Origin: Thainema sp.
GTDB taxonomy: Bacteria > Cyanobacteriota > Cyanobacteriia > Phormidesmidales > Phormidesmidaceae
DNA length: 64,000 nucleotides
NCBI GenBank assembly: GCA_052168235.1
Contig: JBQLZK010000023.1
Location: 27,739 to 91,738, forward strand
Direction: 5' to 3'
Shown here: piece by piece, positions 26,556 through 37,510 of the stretch
How the letters are laid out: each line of letters starts with the position of its first letter
Numbering within the stretch: the first letter of the stretch is position 1
Notes under the pieces: generated by a model
What the model was told of the DNA's origin: nothing
What the model saw: only the letters and a program-made list of their open reading frames with translations
Database searches by the model: none
Translations under genes and position numbers: made by a program

Positions 26556-28133
26556 TTAGCAGTTTTCAATGAAGCGCAGAATTTCGTTCAGATTGGGTGG
26601 CTTGGTGGCCGTGTCAGCCGAGGGAGCTGAGCTGGTAGAAGATTTGCGATCGCTGACTGCGGAGCGACGCGAGCGGCGGCCAAATTCAGGATGTTGATAC
26701 AGCTCAATGGCTTGATTGCTGGAATTGGTGACTCGCACATGAGTGGGAGCCTGAAACAGCGGTGACTTTTGAACAAATTTCGTCACCATCTGAGAAAACT
26801 CAACTGCCTGAGCCGCTTCCAAGCCCTGTCGCGCAATCAGTGCCACATGATGAGCACGAATGGACTCCACTTCAGATAAGTCCACATTACTCTTGGCGTG
26901 GCTTTCGAGCTGTTCTACGATACTTTGAATGATACTCAAGACAACATCGCGAGATTGAAACGGTAGCGTCACGATGGCAGCAATGGGGAGTAATTGCTGA
27001 TCGTCCTTGACGCGGAAAATCAGCCGCGTGCGCCGATTATCAAACTGAATTTCGGGCGCACGATTCAAAATATCGCTTTTTTGGGCAATTTGCTGGTAAG
27101 TGGCTGCCAACGCAAGATGAGACTCTGGATCAAGCTCAAAATCAATATCTAGGCACATGGTCGGCGGTGTTTCGTTGAAAAAGCGCTGTACCTCTTCCTC
27201 GGTAAACCGGACAATTTTGGAATGATCGCCACCTGGACTTAAATCCAACCAGCCACACACTAAACCCTCTGTCTCTAAATCAAACCGGGAAACGCCATAG
27301 AGTTTGGCTCCAGTTAGCTTGGCCCCAGTCAGATCAGCGCCGCGCCATTCCGCTTCGATTAAATTGGCGCGAGATAAATCGGCATGAACTAGTGTGGCTC
27401 CGCTCAAATCGGCTTGGCTCAAATCAACACCGCTTAGGGTCGCGCCACTCAGCTTAGCCCCGCGCAAATTGGCTCCACAAAGTTTGGCCCCGCTGAAATC
27501 GGCCCAGCGCAGATTGGCTCCGCTCAAATTCGCATCTGTGAAATTACCGCCCCGAAAATCTGCGTGGCGCAGCTCTGCTCCCCGCAGATCGGCCCCCTGC
27601 ATATTCGTCCGCACCAAACTGGCTCGGGACAGATTGGCATCAGTTAGATTGGCATCAACCAAGTTGGCTTCCGTTAAATCAGCCCGACTCAGATTCGCCC
27701 CACTGAGATTGGTCTGCCGCAGTTTGGCTTCACGTAGAGTCGCCTCACTCAGGTTGGCCTCAATCAGTTCGGCCTCACTCAGATCGGCCCGCATCAGTTC
27801 GCCCCGAATCAGCGATGCGCGATTCAAGATGGCGTGATTTAAATCGGCCAAACTGAGATTGGCCACGTTTAGATCGGCTCCTGACAGATTGACGTGGCTG
27901 AGGTTGGCGCTACCGAGACGAGCTACATTGAGCTTTGCGCCTTGAAGATTCGCATGGCTCAGATTCGCCCCACTAAAATTGACCAGACTCAGGCTGGACT
28001 GACTGAGATCGATTTCACTCAGATTTGCGCCGCTCAGATTCGCTTCAGTGAGACGGATAGCGGTAAACCCTTTTTCCCCTGAAGCGCGGCGCTGGATAAG
28101 TTCCTTGGCGGTGATTGAGGCAATCTGCGGCAT
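26556..28133 (-). CDS. Pentapeptide repeat protein with a C-terminal globular domain
   Basis: About 270 aa of ANLSG-type repeats, then WLDLSP.GD and a unique region. ATG at 28133 is the probable start. Confidence 0.88.
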   Translation of the reverse strand: MPQIASITAKELIQRRASGEKGFTAIRLTEANLSGANLSEIDLSQSSLSLVNFSGANLSHANLQGAKLNVARLGSANLSHVNLSGADLNVANLSLADLNHAILNRASLIRGELMRADLSEAELIEANLSEATLREAKLRQTNLSGANLSRADLTEANLVDANLTDANLSRASLVRTNMQGADLRGAELRHADFRGGNFTDANLSGANLRWADFSGAKLCGANLRGAKLSGATLSGVDLSQADLSGATLVHADLSRANLIEAEWRGADLTGAKLTGAKLYGVSRFDLETEGLVCGWLDLSPGGDHSKIVRFTEEEVQRFFNETPPTMCLDIDFELDPESHLALAATYQQIAQKSDILNRAPEIQFDNRRTRLIFRVKDDQQLLPIAAIVTLPFQSRDVVLSIIQSIVEQLESHAKSNVDLSEVESIRAHHVALIARQGLEAAQAVEFSQMVTKFVQKSPLFQAPTHVRVTNSSNQAIELYQHPEFGRRSRRSAVSDRKSSTSSAPSADTATKPPNLNEILRFIENC

Positions 28134-28671
28134 AAATTTCAGCGATAACGGCAAGATGCAACAACCCAAACATCCCCAGGTTAGAAATCTGCAGCGATCA
28201 GAGATCTGAGGATTTCTAACGTGACCGGGGCTGAGGTACAGGATGTGATTTACTCTTTTGCTTTAGTAGTTTTCCCGAATTGACCCAACTGCGATCGCAA
28301 TTTGTCATTCTGGCTAACTCAGCATTCGAGCGAATCGGCTAGCAGAGTTAGGACTTACAGGATTGTTCTGATTATGTCAGCAAGCTTCACCAACCAAACT
28401 CAGTAAGATGACCCAATTCACCTATCTTCTAGGCAGAATTCCCAGAAGAAGATTGAAAGAGCGGCAGTGAGGTAATCCTCCATATTTCATAGGATGCCCC
28501 AGTTCGGATAAAAATCAGCGTTACTTCATGCAAAGCGATACAATCCTGACGGCTTAAACAAATTTTTGCAGCATCAATGTTGACCATTACAAAGCCTGTA
28601 TGAAGAAGCGCTGCGGAGCTTTACGAAGCATAAACGCAGGTTTGGAGGTCGTTTGAAGGGGAGATTGAATC

Positions 28672-29511
28672 ATGAAGATTGGGATTGTTGGGCTGGGATT
28701 GATTGGGGGGTCGCTGGGGCTCGACTGGTCGGCCTATGGTTATACGGTGCTAGGCGTCAGCCGGAAACAATCAACCTGCGAAACTGCGATCGCACGTCGG
28801 GCTGTCGCCGATGCCAGTCCCAATTTCGCCATTTTGGCTGAAGTAGATGTGGTGTTTATCTGCACGCCGATTGGGTCAATTTTACCGACGATCAAGGCCA
28901 TTGCACCTCATCTCAAGTCAACGGCGATTGTGACCGATGTCGGATCGGTCAAAGGGGCAATTGTGCAACCTGCCACGGAACTGTGGCCCAACTTCTTGGG
29001 TGGACACCCAATGGCGGGCACGGCAGAAGTGGGTATTGATGCTGCACTGTCCAACCTCTTCGTCGATCGGCCCTATGTGCTGACGCCCACGCCCCAGACT
29101 CCCAGCGATACCGTAGAGCAGGTTAGCCAGCTGGTGAAAGCGCTGAACGCTTGCTTAATCCATTGCGATCCGGCGGAGCATGATCAAGCGGTGGCCTGGA
29201 TTTCTCACTTACCTGTCATGATCAGTTCAAGCCTGATTCAGTCCTGCTTGAACGAGACGGATAAGAATGTGTTGAAACTAGCCCAACAGCTAGCCAGCTC
29301 TGGCTTTTGCGATACCAGTCGGGTCGGTGGCGGCAACCCAGAATTGGGTCTAATGATGGCGCAGTATAACCAGGAGGCACTGTTGCGATCGCTGTTTGCT
29401 TATCGCGATCAACTCGATCAGGTGATTCAGCAGATTGAAGCTCAAGACTGGTCGGCGCTCCAGCAACAGCTGATTCAAACGCAGCAGGAACGACCATTTT
29501 TTGTAGAGTAA
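28672..29511 (+). CDS. tyrA: Prephenate/arogenate dehydrogenase
   Basis: GLGLIGGS, TDVGSVK, GGHPMAG, HDQAVAWISHLP and DTSRV. Confidence 0.93.
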   Translation: MKIGIVGLGLIGGSLGLDWSAYGYTVLGVSRKQSTCETAIARRAVADASPNFAILAEVDVVFICTPIGSILPTIKAIAPHLKSTAIVTDVGSVKGAIVQPATELWPNFLGGHPMAGTAEVGIDAALSNLFVDRPYVLTPTPQTPSDTVEQVSQLVKALNACLIHCDPAEHDQAVAWISHLPVMISSSLIQSCLNETDKNVLKLAQQLASSGFCDTSRVGGGNPELGLMMAQYNQEALLRSLFAYRDQLDQVIQQIEAQDWSALQQQLIQTQQERPFFVE

Positions 29512-29640
29512 TGCGCAATCCGATTAAAACCCAGTAATTTATTGGGTTCTGATACACGAACTTGATATCAGCAACTGGCAGAAACCTAAAGATGACAGTT
29601 CAGCCGTCATCTTTAGGTTGAACTGAATTCGACTTAATTT

Positions 29641-29734
29641 ATATAGTGATTCCAGTTAAGAGTGAGAAAGCGAGAGAGGAGAGTGCCTCAGGATTAGGCA
29701 CTCTCCTCTCTCGCTCTTATGTAGAACCGCTATA
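29641..29734. mobile_element. MITE-like element family B, copy 1
   Basis: TATAGtgattcc...gaaccgCTATA imperfect terminal inverted repeats with an internal 20-bp-arm hairpin. Second copy at 43672-43765. Confidence 0.7.
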
Positions 29735-29742
29735 GCAACAAT

Positions 29743-30207
29743 TTACAGCAACGGATGGGCTGAACCCGCCAACCAAGCAATAACGCCGCCCAAGAGTGCG
29801 CCAGCAATCACCTGCACGGGCGTGTGTCCCAGTAGTTCCTTCAGGCGATCTTCGTTGAAATCTTTATGCTCGTAGAACAGCTCATCAATGATTTGATTCA
29901 GAATGCGAGCCTGTTTACCCGCCGCTTGGCGCACACCAGCCGCGTCATACATTACAATCCCTGCGAAGATAGCCGCCAAGGCGAAGTCAGCCGTTTCCCA
30001 ACCTTGAGTTTGGCCCACTCCCACGGCTAATGATGTCACCAGTGCAGAGTGAGAACTGGGCATACCTCCCGTTTCGACTAAAACCCGGACATTGAATTTG
30101 CCGTCTTTAGCTAGCTCAAAAATGAGCTTGAGCGCTTGGGCAATCAAGCAAGACAAGAGCGCTACAAGCAAGACATAGTTATTGATCACTTCGCTGAAGT
30201 CGTGCAT
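29743..30207 (-). CDS. Divergent PAP2 family protein (DUF212)
   Basis: TGGMPSSHSA, YDAAGVRQAAG and LGHTP. Lies downstream of crtE, as is common in cyanobacteria. Confidence 0.9.
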   Translation of the reverse strand: MHDFSEVINNYVLLVALLSCLIAQALKLIFELAKDGKFNVRVLVETGGMPSSHSALVTSLAVGVGQTQGWETADFALAAIFAGIVMYDAAGVRQAAGKQARILNQIIDELFYEHKDFNEDRLKELLGHTPVQVIAGALLGGVIAWLAGSAHPLL

Positions 30208-30334
30208 GGATTTGGATACAGAAAAACGAAAGCTTTGAGCAGATGTCAACCACAATGCTTAGAGTTAGGGCTAGGGGAGCAATCGTCAAGCAACCTGAAG
30301 ATAAACTTGGCGCATTCCAGCTTAGCGCAACGAT

Positions 30335-31258
30335 CTAATGCTTTCGGGCTGTAATGTAATCTGAGATCGCAATCAGCGGTTGAGCCGCTTCTCCATAAGG
30401 AGCCAACTCTGCCTTGGCGGATTGGATTAGTTCTTGGGCACGACGCTGAGATTCTTCGATACCCAAAAAGCTGGGATAGGTCGCTTTTTGAGCCTCTACA
30501 TCTTTACCAGCGGTTTTGCCCAACTCTTCTGCCGTAGCCGTGATATCGAGCACATCATCAATAATTTGAAACGCTAGACCAATGTTTTGGGCATAGCGAG
30601 TTAAGCGCTCCACATCAGTTTGGTTCGCACCTGCTAGCACGGCCCCGGATACAACCGAAACTTCTAGTAGCGCTGCCGTTTTATGCTGATGGATGAAATT
30701 TAGGGTTTCTATGGTGACATCGGGATTGCCTTCTGACTCCAGATCTACCACTTGGCCACCTACTAATCCGGCTGCACCGACAGCCCGACCTAACCGCGCA
30801 ATCACGTCCAGCACTCGGTCGGCAGCAACCCCTTTCGTTTGGGTGGCAATCCATTCAAAGGCCAGAGTTAATAAGCCATCACCTGCCAGAATCGCGATGT
30901 CTTCACCGTAAACTTTGTGATTGGTTAACTTGCCCCGCCGATAATCATCGTTATCCATTGCGGGCAAATCATCGTGGATCAGCGACATGGTATGCACCAT
31001 TTCCATCGCACAGGCTGTTGGCATCGCCGCCTCAATTGATCCTTCCATCAGCTCGCAAGCGGCTAGACAGAGAATGGGGCGCAGTCGCTTTCCTCCCGCC
31101 ATCAGGGAGTAGCGCATTGAGTTGTAAATGGTTTCGGGATAGACAACGGCAATCGACTGATCCAGAGCAGTTTCAACTTGGATACGCCGTTCTTCTAAGT
31201 AAGCTGCCAGGTCAAAAGACGCTTGCGGGGCAGAACTACGATTATCTGTGGATACCAT
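30335..31258 (-). CDS. crtE: Geranylgeranyl diphosphate synthase
   Basis: [27 protein letters not shown] and FQIIDDVLD. Confidence 0.95.
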   Translation of the reverse strand: MVSTDNRSSAPQASFDLAAYLEERRIQVETALDQSIAVVYPETIYNSMRYSLMAGGKRLRPILCLAACELMEGSIEAAMPTACAMEMVHTMSLIHDDLPAMDNDDYRRGKLTNHKVYGEDIAILAGDGLLTLAFEWIATQTKGVAADRVLDVIARLGRAVGAAGLVGGQVVDLESEGNPDVTIETLNFIHQHKTAALLEVSVVSGAVLAGANQTDVERLTRYAQNIGLAFQIIDDVLDITATAEELGKTAGKDVEAQKATYPSFLGIEESQRRAQELIQSAKAELAPYGEAAQPLIAISDYITARKH

Positions 31259-31400
31259 GATTGATCTCTATGAGCGCTGTTTAACTGGAACTGAGTGGGG
31301 AAAGCAATTGGCTAATCTGGCCTGTGTTTGTGCTTGTGTTTTGTGCCTATGATTTATGTCTGTGATTTGTACTGCAAAAAACACTGGGTAACGCCCAACG

Positions 31401-32267
31401 TCATGATGATAAACGTTGACGGTAACTCCATACCGTATTGTGCAACAGCATGGTTACGGTCATGGGGCCAACTCCACCCGGAACGGGAGTTATCGAGCCT
31501 GCTACCGGTTCAACGGAGTCAAAATCAACGTCGCCGACCAGCCTCGATTTACCGTTAGTGTTGGTCACCCGGTTGATCCCCACATCGATCACGACAGCGC
31601 CTGGTTTAACCATCTCCGCTGTGATCATCTGGGGGCGTCCCACTGCCGCTACTAAAATATCAGCGCTGCGGGCAATCTCCGCTAAATTTTGCGATCGCGA
31701 ATGGGCGATCGTCACCGTCGCATTTTGCTCCAGCAGCATCATCGCCAGCGGTTTGCCTACTAAAATACTGCGGCCTATTACCACGGCCTGTTTGCCCTGG
31801 CAGTCGATATCGTAAGCCTTGAGCATTTCCATCACGCCTGCTGGAGTGCAGCTCCGCAGACCCGGTTCACCGCGCAGCAGCCGCCCCAAATTCATTGGGT
31901 GTAGGCCGTCTGCGTCTTTATCAGGCGCAATTTGGTTGAGCAATGCCACGGAATCCAAATGATCGGGCAGCGGCAACTGGATCAAAATGCCATCGACTTG
32001 ATCATCCTGATTCAGGTCGTCAATCAAACGGCTGAGGGCTGCCTGATCGGTATCTCCAGGCAAGTGTTTACCAAATGAGGCAATGCCGACGCGATCGCAA
32101 GCTCGCTCTTTATTGCGCACATAGGCGGCGCTGGCCGGATTATCTCCCACCATCACTACGGCCAAACCGGGTGGACGCCCACCTTGTTGAGTTAGACTTG
32201 TGACTTGCTGAGTTAGATCAGTCTGGATTTGCTGAGCTAGAGTTTTGCCATCGAGAATCTGAGCCAT
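31401..32267 (-). CDS. folD: Bifunctional methylene-THF dehydrogenase/cyclohydrolase
   Basis: ILDGK, QLPLP, KDADG, CTPAG, GRS..VGKP and [11 protein letters not shown]. Confidence 0.96.
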   Translation of the reverse strand: MAQILDGKTLAQQIQTDLTQQVTSLTQQGGRPPGLAVVMVGDNPASAAYVRNKERACDRVGIASFGKHLPGDTDQAALSRLIDDLNQDDQVDGILIQLPLPDHLDSVALLNQIAPDKDADGLHPMNLGRLLRGEPGLRSCTPAGVMEMLKAYDIDCQGKQAVVIGRSILVGKPLAMMLLEQNATVTIAHSRSQNLAEIARSADILVAAVGRPQMITAEMVKPGAVVIDVGINRVTNTNGKSRLVGDVDFDSVEPVAGSITPVPGGVGPMTVTMLLHNTVWSYRQRLSS

Positions 32268-32529
32268 AATGACAGAAAAAATTGATTGATCAGATGGGCG
32301 TCGTAGTTGAACATGTCAGTCAGAATTGGCATGATTCGGATCTCAATCTGCGATCGCAGCTGAGTCACCAATATGCTCTAACCAGTGTCTCAGAAAATTT
32401 GTCCCCTACCGACCGTCGTGTTGCATTCTGATATGGAATCGACTATGAAATCTCAGCCCAATCCCGACTTGATTGTGAACGAGAGGCTGATACCATTGGC
32501 GTTCCATTCAGCAAAGTTGATTTGCCAAA

Positions 32530-33168
32530 TTGATTTTCAATGGATTTTCACTGACGGCTTCGATACAACATTCACTTGTGACTAGGATCTTGATCATGCT
32601 TCAGCCCCTTATCCGATCCCTACGATCCCACCCTTTTATCGCTGCCCCAAACCGATTAACTCTACCTGCGGATCCGGATCAGTCTTGCTTTCGGTTCATG
32701 AAACATTCAACTCCTGGTGGGTTAATAAGAAGTGGATTGATCAGCCTGTTCACCGGCCTGCTAGTCACAGCAAACCTCAGCTGCAGTTCATCGCCAACCC
32801 TAAGCACTGAGCAGACCGATGCAGACAACACCATCACTGCCAGTTCATCCGAAGTCGCAGTGGCTCGGCCTCACCGCAGCAATATCCAGCCCATTGCCCA
32901 ACTCCTCGCCGCCGATCCCACTACTATAGTGGATACAACGGTTCATCTCAGCGGCAAGATTGTGCAGCAGATCCCCTTAGTCGATGGACGGATCTACGAG
33001 CTACAGGACGAAACGGGCAGCATTTGGGTCATGGCTGCATCCGAATCTGAAGCGCTCATTACGGGCAACAACATCCAAATTCAAGGCATCGTTGCTTATG
33101 AAAATATTGCGATCGCAGGTCAAGAACAGGGTGAGTTATATATCCAAGAGCAACAAATCTTTGACTGA
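32530..33168 (+). CDS. Hypothetical exported/lipoprotein with an OB-fold-like C-terminus (start uncertain)
   Basis: Hydrophobic stretch + LSC, then V.L.G.I...YELQDETGSIWV. Confidence 0.55.
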   Translation: MIFNGFSLTASIQHSLVTRILIMLQPLIRSLRSHPFIAAPNRLTLPADPDQSCFRFMKHSTPGGLIRSGLISLFTGLLVTANLSCSSSPTLSTEQTDADNTITASSSEVAVARPHRSNIQPIAQLLAADPTTIVDTTVHLSGKIVQQIPLVDGRIYELQDETGSIWVMAASESEALITGNNIQIQGIVAYENIAIAGQEQGELYIQEQQIFD

Positions 33169-33278
33169 TTTCGGCCAGAACATGATTTGATAAGAATACA
33201 GAGTTAACAATCAGCCAGTCCCTACGTTTACTCAATTGATTCACCAGTTTTTTGCATCGTTACAGCCACGAAACTTCA

Positions 33279-33719
33279 ATGACATCGACTCCAGTAGAAG
33301 TCGCCATTGCCATCCTTTATCGAGCTGATCAGTTCTTGATGCAGTTGCGAGATGATATTCCGGGCATCGCGTATCCCGGCCACTGGGGTCTATTTGGTGG
33401 ACATTTAGAGCCAGGAGAAACACCGGAAGTTAGCATGAAGCGAGAGTTAATTGAAGAAATCGGTCATACTCCTAACCATCTATCTCTTTTTTCTAGCTAC
33501 CCAACTCCCACTGTGATTCGACATGTATTTTGTAGCCCATTAACGGTTGATCCAGCAGATCTAACTTTAAATGAGGGGTGGGACTTGGGTTTACTATCAT
33601 GTAGTGATATTCATCAAGGATATGCTTATTCTCAGCAGGCCGGAAAGATCTGCCCCATCGGTCAGCCCCATCAGCAGATTTTGATTGATTTTATGACCCA
33701 ACAATATTCACTGTCTTAG
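33279..33719 (+). CDS. NUDIX hydrolase
   Basis: Nudix box GGHLEPGETPEVSMKRELIEEIG. Confidence 0.9.
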   Translation: MTSTPVEVAIAILYRADQFLMQLRDDIPGIAYPGHWGLFGGHLEPGETPEVSMKRELIEEIGHTPNHLSLFSSYPTPTVIRHVFCSPLTVDPADLTLNEGWDLGLLSCSDIHQGYAYSQQAGKICPIGQPHQQILIDFMTQQYSLS

Positions 33720-33751
33720 TTCGTAAATTTGGTCATCAATTTGACAATCTG

Positions 33752-34510
33752 ATGGTAAGTCAACCCAACGTTCTGAACTATCGAGTCCGCGAAAGCCGCC
33801 GGGCCAAGCATGTCAGCATCCGCATTTCGCTGCTGGGCGAAGTAGAGGTTGTTGTGCCCAAAGGGTTTGATCAAAGCTGCATCCCCGACTTGGTACAAGA
33901 GCGGCGCACCTGGATCACCCGCACCGTCCAGCAGCTCAGAACCGAGCGACAGTCCGTCACCCCGGAAGCCGATGCTCCACTGCCGGATGAAATTATTTTG
34001 CGATCGCCACCTGAACGGTGGCAAGTGGTTTATCAACCGACTGGTCAATCAACTGGCTATCAACCGACAAATACGCAAAAGATTAAGGTGTCGATCCTCC
34101 CTTCTCATCATGTTTTAGTGACTGGGGACTTAAGCGACCAGCGAGCTTGTCGGCAAGCGCTCCAGCATTGGCTACGGCAATATGCCAAAGCCAAACTAGT
34201 TCCCTGGCTAGAACAGGTGAGCCAAGAGGTACAGCTTCCATTTCAGCGCGCCTCCGTTCGAGGACAGCGCACTCGTTGGGCTAGCTGTTCTAACCAGCAA
34301 ACCATTAGCCTCAACTACAAGCTGCTGTTTCTGCCACCAGATCTAGTGCGCTACGTTTTTATTCACGAACTTTGCCACACACAGCAGATGAATCATTCAT
34401 CTGCCTTCTGGTCGTTAGTTGAAGCTAAAGAAGCAAACTATCGAGACTTGGATGCAAATTTGCGCAAAGCATGGCGTTATGTACCTGCTTGGGCTGAGCG
34501 CAAACCCTAG
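33752..34510 (+). CDS. YgjP/M48-like zinc metalloprotein (DUF45)
   Basis: VRES.RAK, QRTRWASCS and YVFIHELCH...MNHS..FW. Confidence 0.88.
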   Translation: MVSQPNVLNYRVRESRRAKHVSIRISLLGEVEVVVPKGFDQSCIPDLVQERRTWITRTVQQLRTERQSVTPEADAPLPDEIILRSPPERWQVVYQPTGQSTGYQPTNTQKIKVSILPSHHVLVTGDLSDQRACRQALQHWLRQYAKAKLVPWLEQVSQEVQLPFQRASVRGQRTRWASCSNQQTISLNYKLLFLPPDLVRYVFIHELCHTQQMNHSSAFWSLVEAKEANYRDLDANLRKAWRYVPAWAERKP

Positions 34511-35390
34511 CTTGAATAGCTACTGCACATATTGTTACCTATGGCAGATGATTAGCTCTGTCGAATTCCTTATAATTTGAAATCGCATCTTGTCATCAGG
34601 AGCTAGCTACCGTTGCCTGCACAGTTTATTGATCTCAGTATTTACCTCAATATAAATAATCAATCGTGACTTGGTTGGCTTCTTTGAGGTAACCATTCGA
34701 GATATCAAGCTGCTCTTCTCAAAGAGGACTTTAAATTTAGGCAGTAGATATCAAAGCATTATAAATTTTGCTAATAGCTAGATGAATTTGATTGTTGATG
34801 TGTTAGTTGTTGTACAGAATATGCCAGTTCAAAATAAACAATTTCCAGTTTTTGTAGATTCGATTTAGTCGTTATTAACTCATATAAGTATTTTTAGCTA
34901 AGAAATAGGAGCCAATTTCAGATTATTCACTGAACGTTCAGTTGCACAGGGTTTTACCCATACGAAGTTTCATTTGCTTTTAAGTGGTTACACGTAATTG
35001 AAATGTAATTAAAATCTAAGAAGGCAAGCAAATTACTAATGGTTATTCGATAGGTATTTTGCTTTTCCAGCGTTTTTACTTAATCAAGTCAGGTGACTTG
35101 AAAACAATAAAAAACTTCCTTGTATTTAAAAAATACTTTTTATTCTAATAGCTTTAATTTTCACCTAACATTAACTTGACAAAGTAAGCTTAAATTTCGT
35201 TTAGACTATAAGACAAGCCTGGCAGTTTGACACCAGTAGTAACTTACACTTCTAAATTCTTTATTCATTTTAGTTTAATTAAATGAATCGCAATCCGTTA
35301 GTCAGTTAATGATGTTAAGTCATCAATGCTGAGAGCGATTTGTTTATAACTCATTGTTTTTTCTGTTAGCACTTCGTTTGATGAAGGTAT

Positions 35391-37361
35391 ATGTTGTTGT
35401 TAGCACCAACTGATCGGGATGTCCTAGGCTCTATGACTCTTGACTGTAGTCCCAGCACAAAACCAGCCAAAATTTTGGTGGTTGATGACACCCCGGCTAA
35501 TGTGCGGTTATTGGCTGAGATTCTGTTGAGTGAGGGCTACCAGGTTCTGGAAGCCTACAATGGTGAAACTGTACTTGTGATGCTAGAGGAGTATCAGCCT
35601 GATCTGATTTTGCTAGACATTATGATGCCGGGGCTAAGCGGCTTTGATGTCTGTGAGCGACTAAAGCAAAATCCTCAGAGCGCCCAGATCCCGATTATTT
35701 TTATCAGTGCGCTGCATGAAGTTTTCGATAAAGTAAAAGCATTTAATGCGGGTGGTGCAGATTACATCACGAAGCCCTTCGAAATTCCAGAGGTACTGAC
35801 TCGAATTGAGCATCAGCTGGCGCTGTATGAGGCACGGCAGCAGATTCAACAGCTCAATGCTGAGTTAGAAAGTCGAGTTGAAGAGCGTACTCAGCAGCTT
35901 CAGCAGGCTGTCGTGCGCTTGGAGACGGAGATTGAAGAGCGCCAGCGCATTCAAGACCAGCTGAAAGCGATGACGCTGCAAGATGCTCTAACGGGTCTGC
36001 CCAACCGAAATCAGCTGATGCAGCGATTGCAGGAAGTACTGAATCAGCGAAAACCACGGGTCGATGCGGAATTAGAAACATTTGCAGTTTTATTCTTGGA
36101 TTGCGATCGCTTTAAAGTGGTCAATGATTCACTGGGGCATTTGGTGGGAGATGAACTGCTCGTCCATCTCTCTCGTCGTTTGACTCAAACCGTGCCTGCG
36201 CCTAATTTGGTTGCTAGATTGGGCGGTGATGAATTTGCGGTTTTATTGACTGATTTGTCAATGCCTGAGTTAGCTGACCCATCAATCAAAAAGCTAGTTG
36301 AGTCGCAGCCCAACAGTGAAGATTATGGTGAGGCTATTTCACCAGATTGCGTGGGTAGGGTAACTCAAATTGCGGATGCCATCATTCAGCAGTTTGCCCA
36401 ACCGTTCCACATTCAAGGGCATGAAATTTTCATCAATGCCAGCATTGGCATTACGTTTAGCCATCCGCACTACCATAAGCCAGAGCAGTTGCTGCGGGAT
36501 GCCGATATGGCCATGTATCGGGCGAAAGCTAGGGGGCGTGCCCGATACCACGTTTTCGATGCGGCCATGTATGACGAGGCAATGGAGCGGCTGCTGCTTG
36601 AAACGGATTTGCGAAAAGCTATCGAACAGGATGAGCTATTTCTATACTATCAGCCAATTTTGTCGCTTGAAACACAGAAGGTTATTGGTTTTGAGGCTTT
36701 ACTCCGCTGGCGGCATCCGAGCCGAGGACTGATTTCACCCGCAACATTTATTCCGCTGGCAGAAGAAACGGGCCTGATTGCCCCCATTGGATACTGGGTT
36801 TTGCGAACGGCTTGTATGCAAATGCGGCAGTGGCAAGCCCAACATATTATTGATGACTCTGTTTCGATTAGCGTCAATCTGTCGATTCGCCAGTTGGCCG
36901 ATCCAGCCTTTTTGCGCCAGTTGGATGGCGTTCTGGCCGATACTGATTTCTCTCCCAATTTGCTAAAGCTAGAAGTCACAGAAAGCATTCTTGCCAATCA
37001 GCACCAAGTAATTCAGCTACTGCAACAACTGCATGAACGCCAGATTCAGCTCAGCTTAGATGACTTTGGCACGGGGTTTTCGTCTCTGAGCTATCTCAAT
37101 ACACTGCCGTTTGATATTTTGAAAATTGATAAATCCTTTGTGCAACCAGTTTCATCGGACTCACAAAGCTTAGGACTCATTCCAGCCATTTTAGCGATCG
37201 CACAAACGTTTAATATGCAGGTGATTGCGGAAGGAGTTGAAACGCTAGAACAAGCGGAACACCTCAAGCAGCTCAACTGTCCGTTGGGCCAAGGCTATTT
37301 CTTTGCGAAACCATTGCCGGCTGAAGAGATTGAGACGTATCTACAGCAACAAGGTGGATAA
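35391..37361 (+). CDS. REC-GGDEF-EAL c-di-GMP enzyme
   Basis: REC domain, D.LTGLPNR, RLGGDEF, EALLRW, DDFGTG and AEGVE. Confidence 0.93.
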   Translation: MLLLAPTDRDVLGSMTLDCSPSTKPAKILVVDDTPANVRLLAEILLSEGYQVLEAYNGETVLVMLEEYQPDLILLDIMMPGLSGFDVCERLKQNPQSAQIPIIFISALHEVFDKVKAFNAGGADYITKPFEIPEVLTRIEHQLALYEARQQIQQLNAELESRVEERTQQLQQAVVRLETEIEERQRIQDQLKAMTLQDALTGLPNRNQLMQRLQEVLNQRKPRVDAELETFAVLFLDCDRFKVVNDSLGHLVGDELLVHLSRRLTQTVPAPNLVARLGGDEFAVLLTDLSMPELADPSIKKLVESQPNSEDYGEAISPDCVGRVTQIADAIIQQFAQPFHIQGHEIFINASIGITFSHPHYHKPEQLLRDADMAMYRAKARGRARYHVFDAAMYDEAMERLLLETDLRKAIEQDELFLYYQPILSLETQKVIGFEALLRWRHPSRGLISPATFIPLAEETGLIAPIGYWVLRTACMQMRQWQAQHIIDDSVSISVNLSIRQLADPAFLRQLDGVLADTDFSPNLLKLEVTESILANQHQVIQLLQQLHERQIQLSLDDFGTGFSSLSYLNTLPFDILKIDKSFVQPVSSDSQSLGLIPAILAIAQTFNMQVIAEGVETLEQAEHLKQLNCPLGQGYFFAKPLPAEEIETYLQQQGG

Positions 37362-37406
37362 CGCAGAGTTCATTAATTACATGACAATTACAGCAATCGT
37401 CAAACT

Positions 37407-37443
37407 AAAAGCCGTTTCGCTGCACTACAGCGAAACGGCTTTT
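37407..37443. terminator. Bidirectional terminator
   Basis: aaaagccgtttcgctg...cagcgaaacggctttt between convergent genes. Confidence 0.7.
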
Positions 37444-37510
37444 GGTTTTCGGTACACTTCTTCGTATACTTCTACTTCTATCCAGAGAAAGTTGCGATCG
37501 CACCTCTCTT

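Noticed and set aside
35176..35207. Sigma70 promoter TTGACA...TAGACT
   Set aside because: The spacer is 20 nt, which is too long, and the AT-rich context makes chance matches likely.
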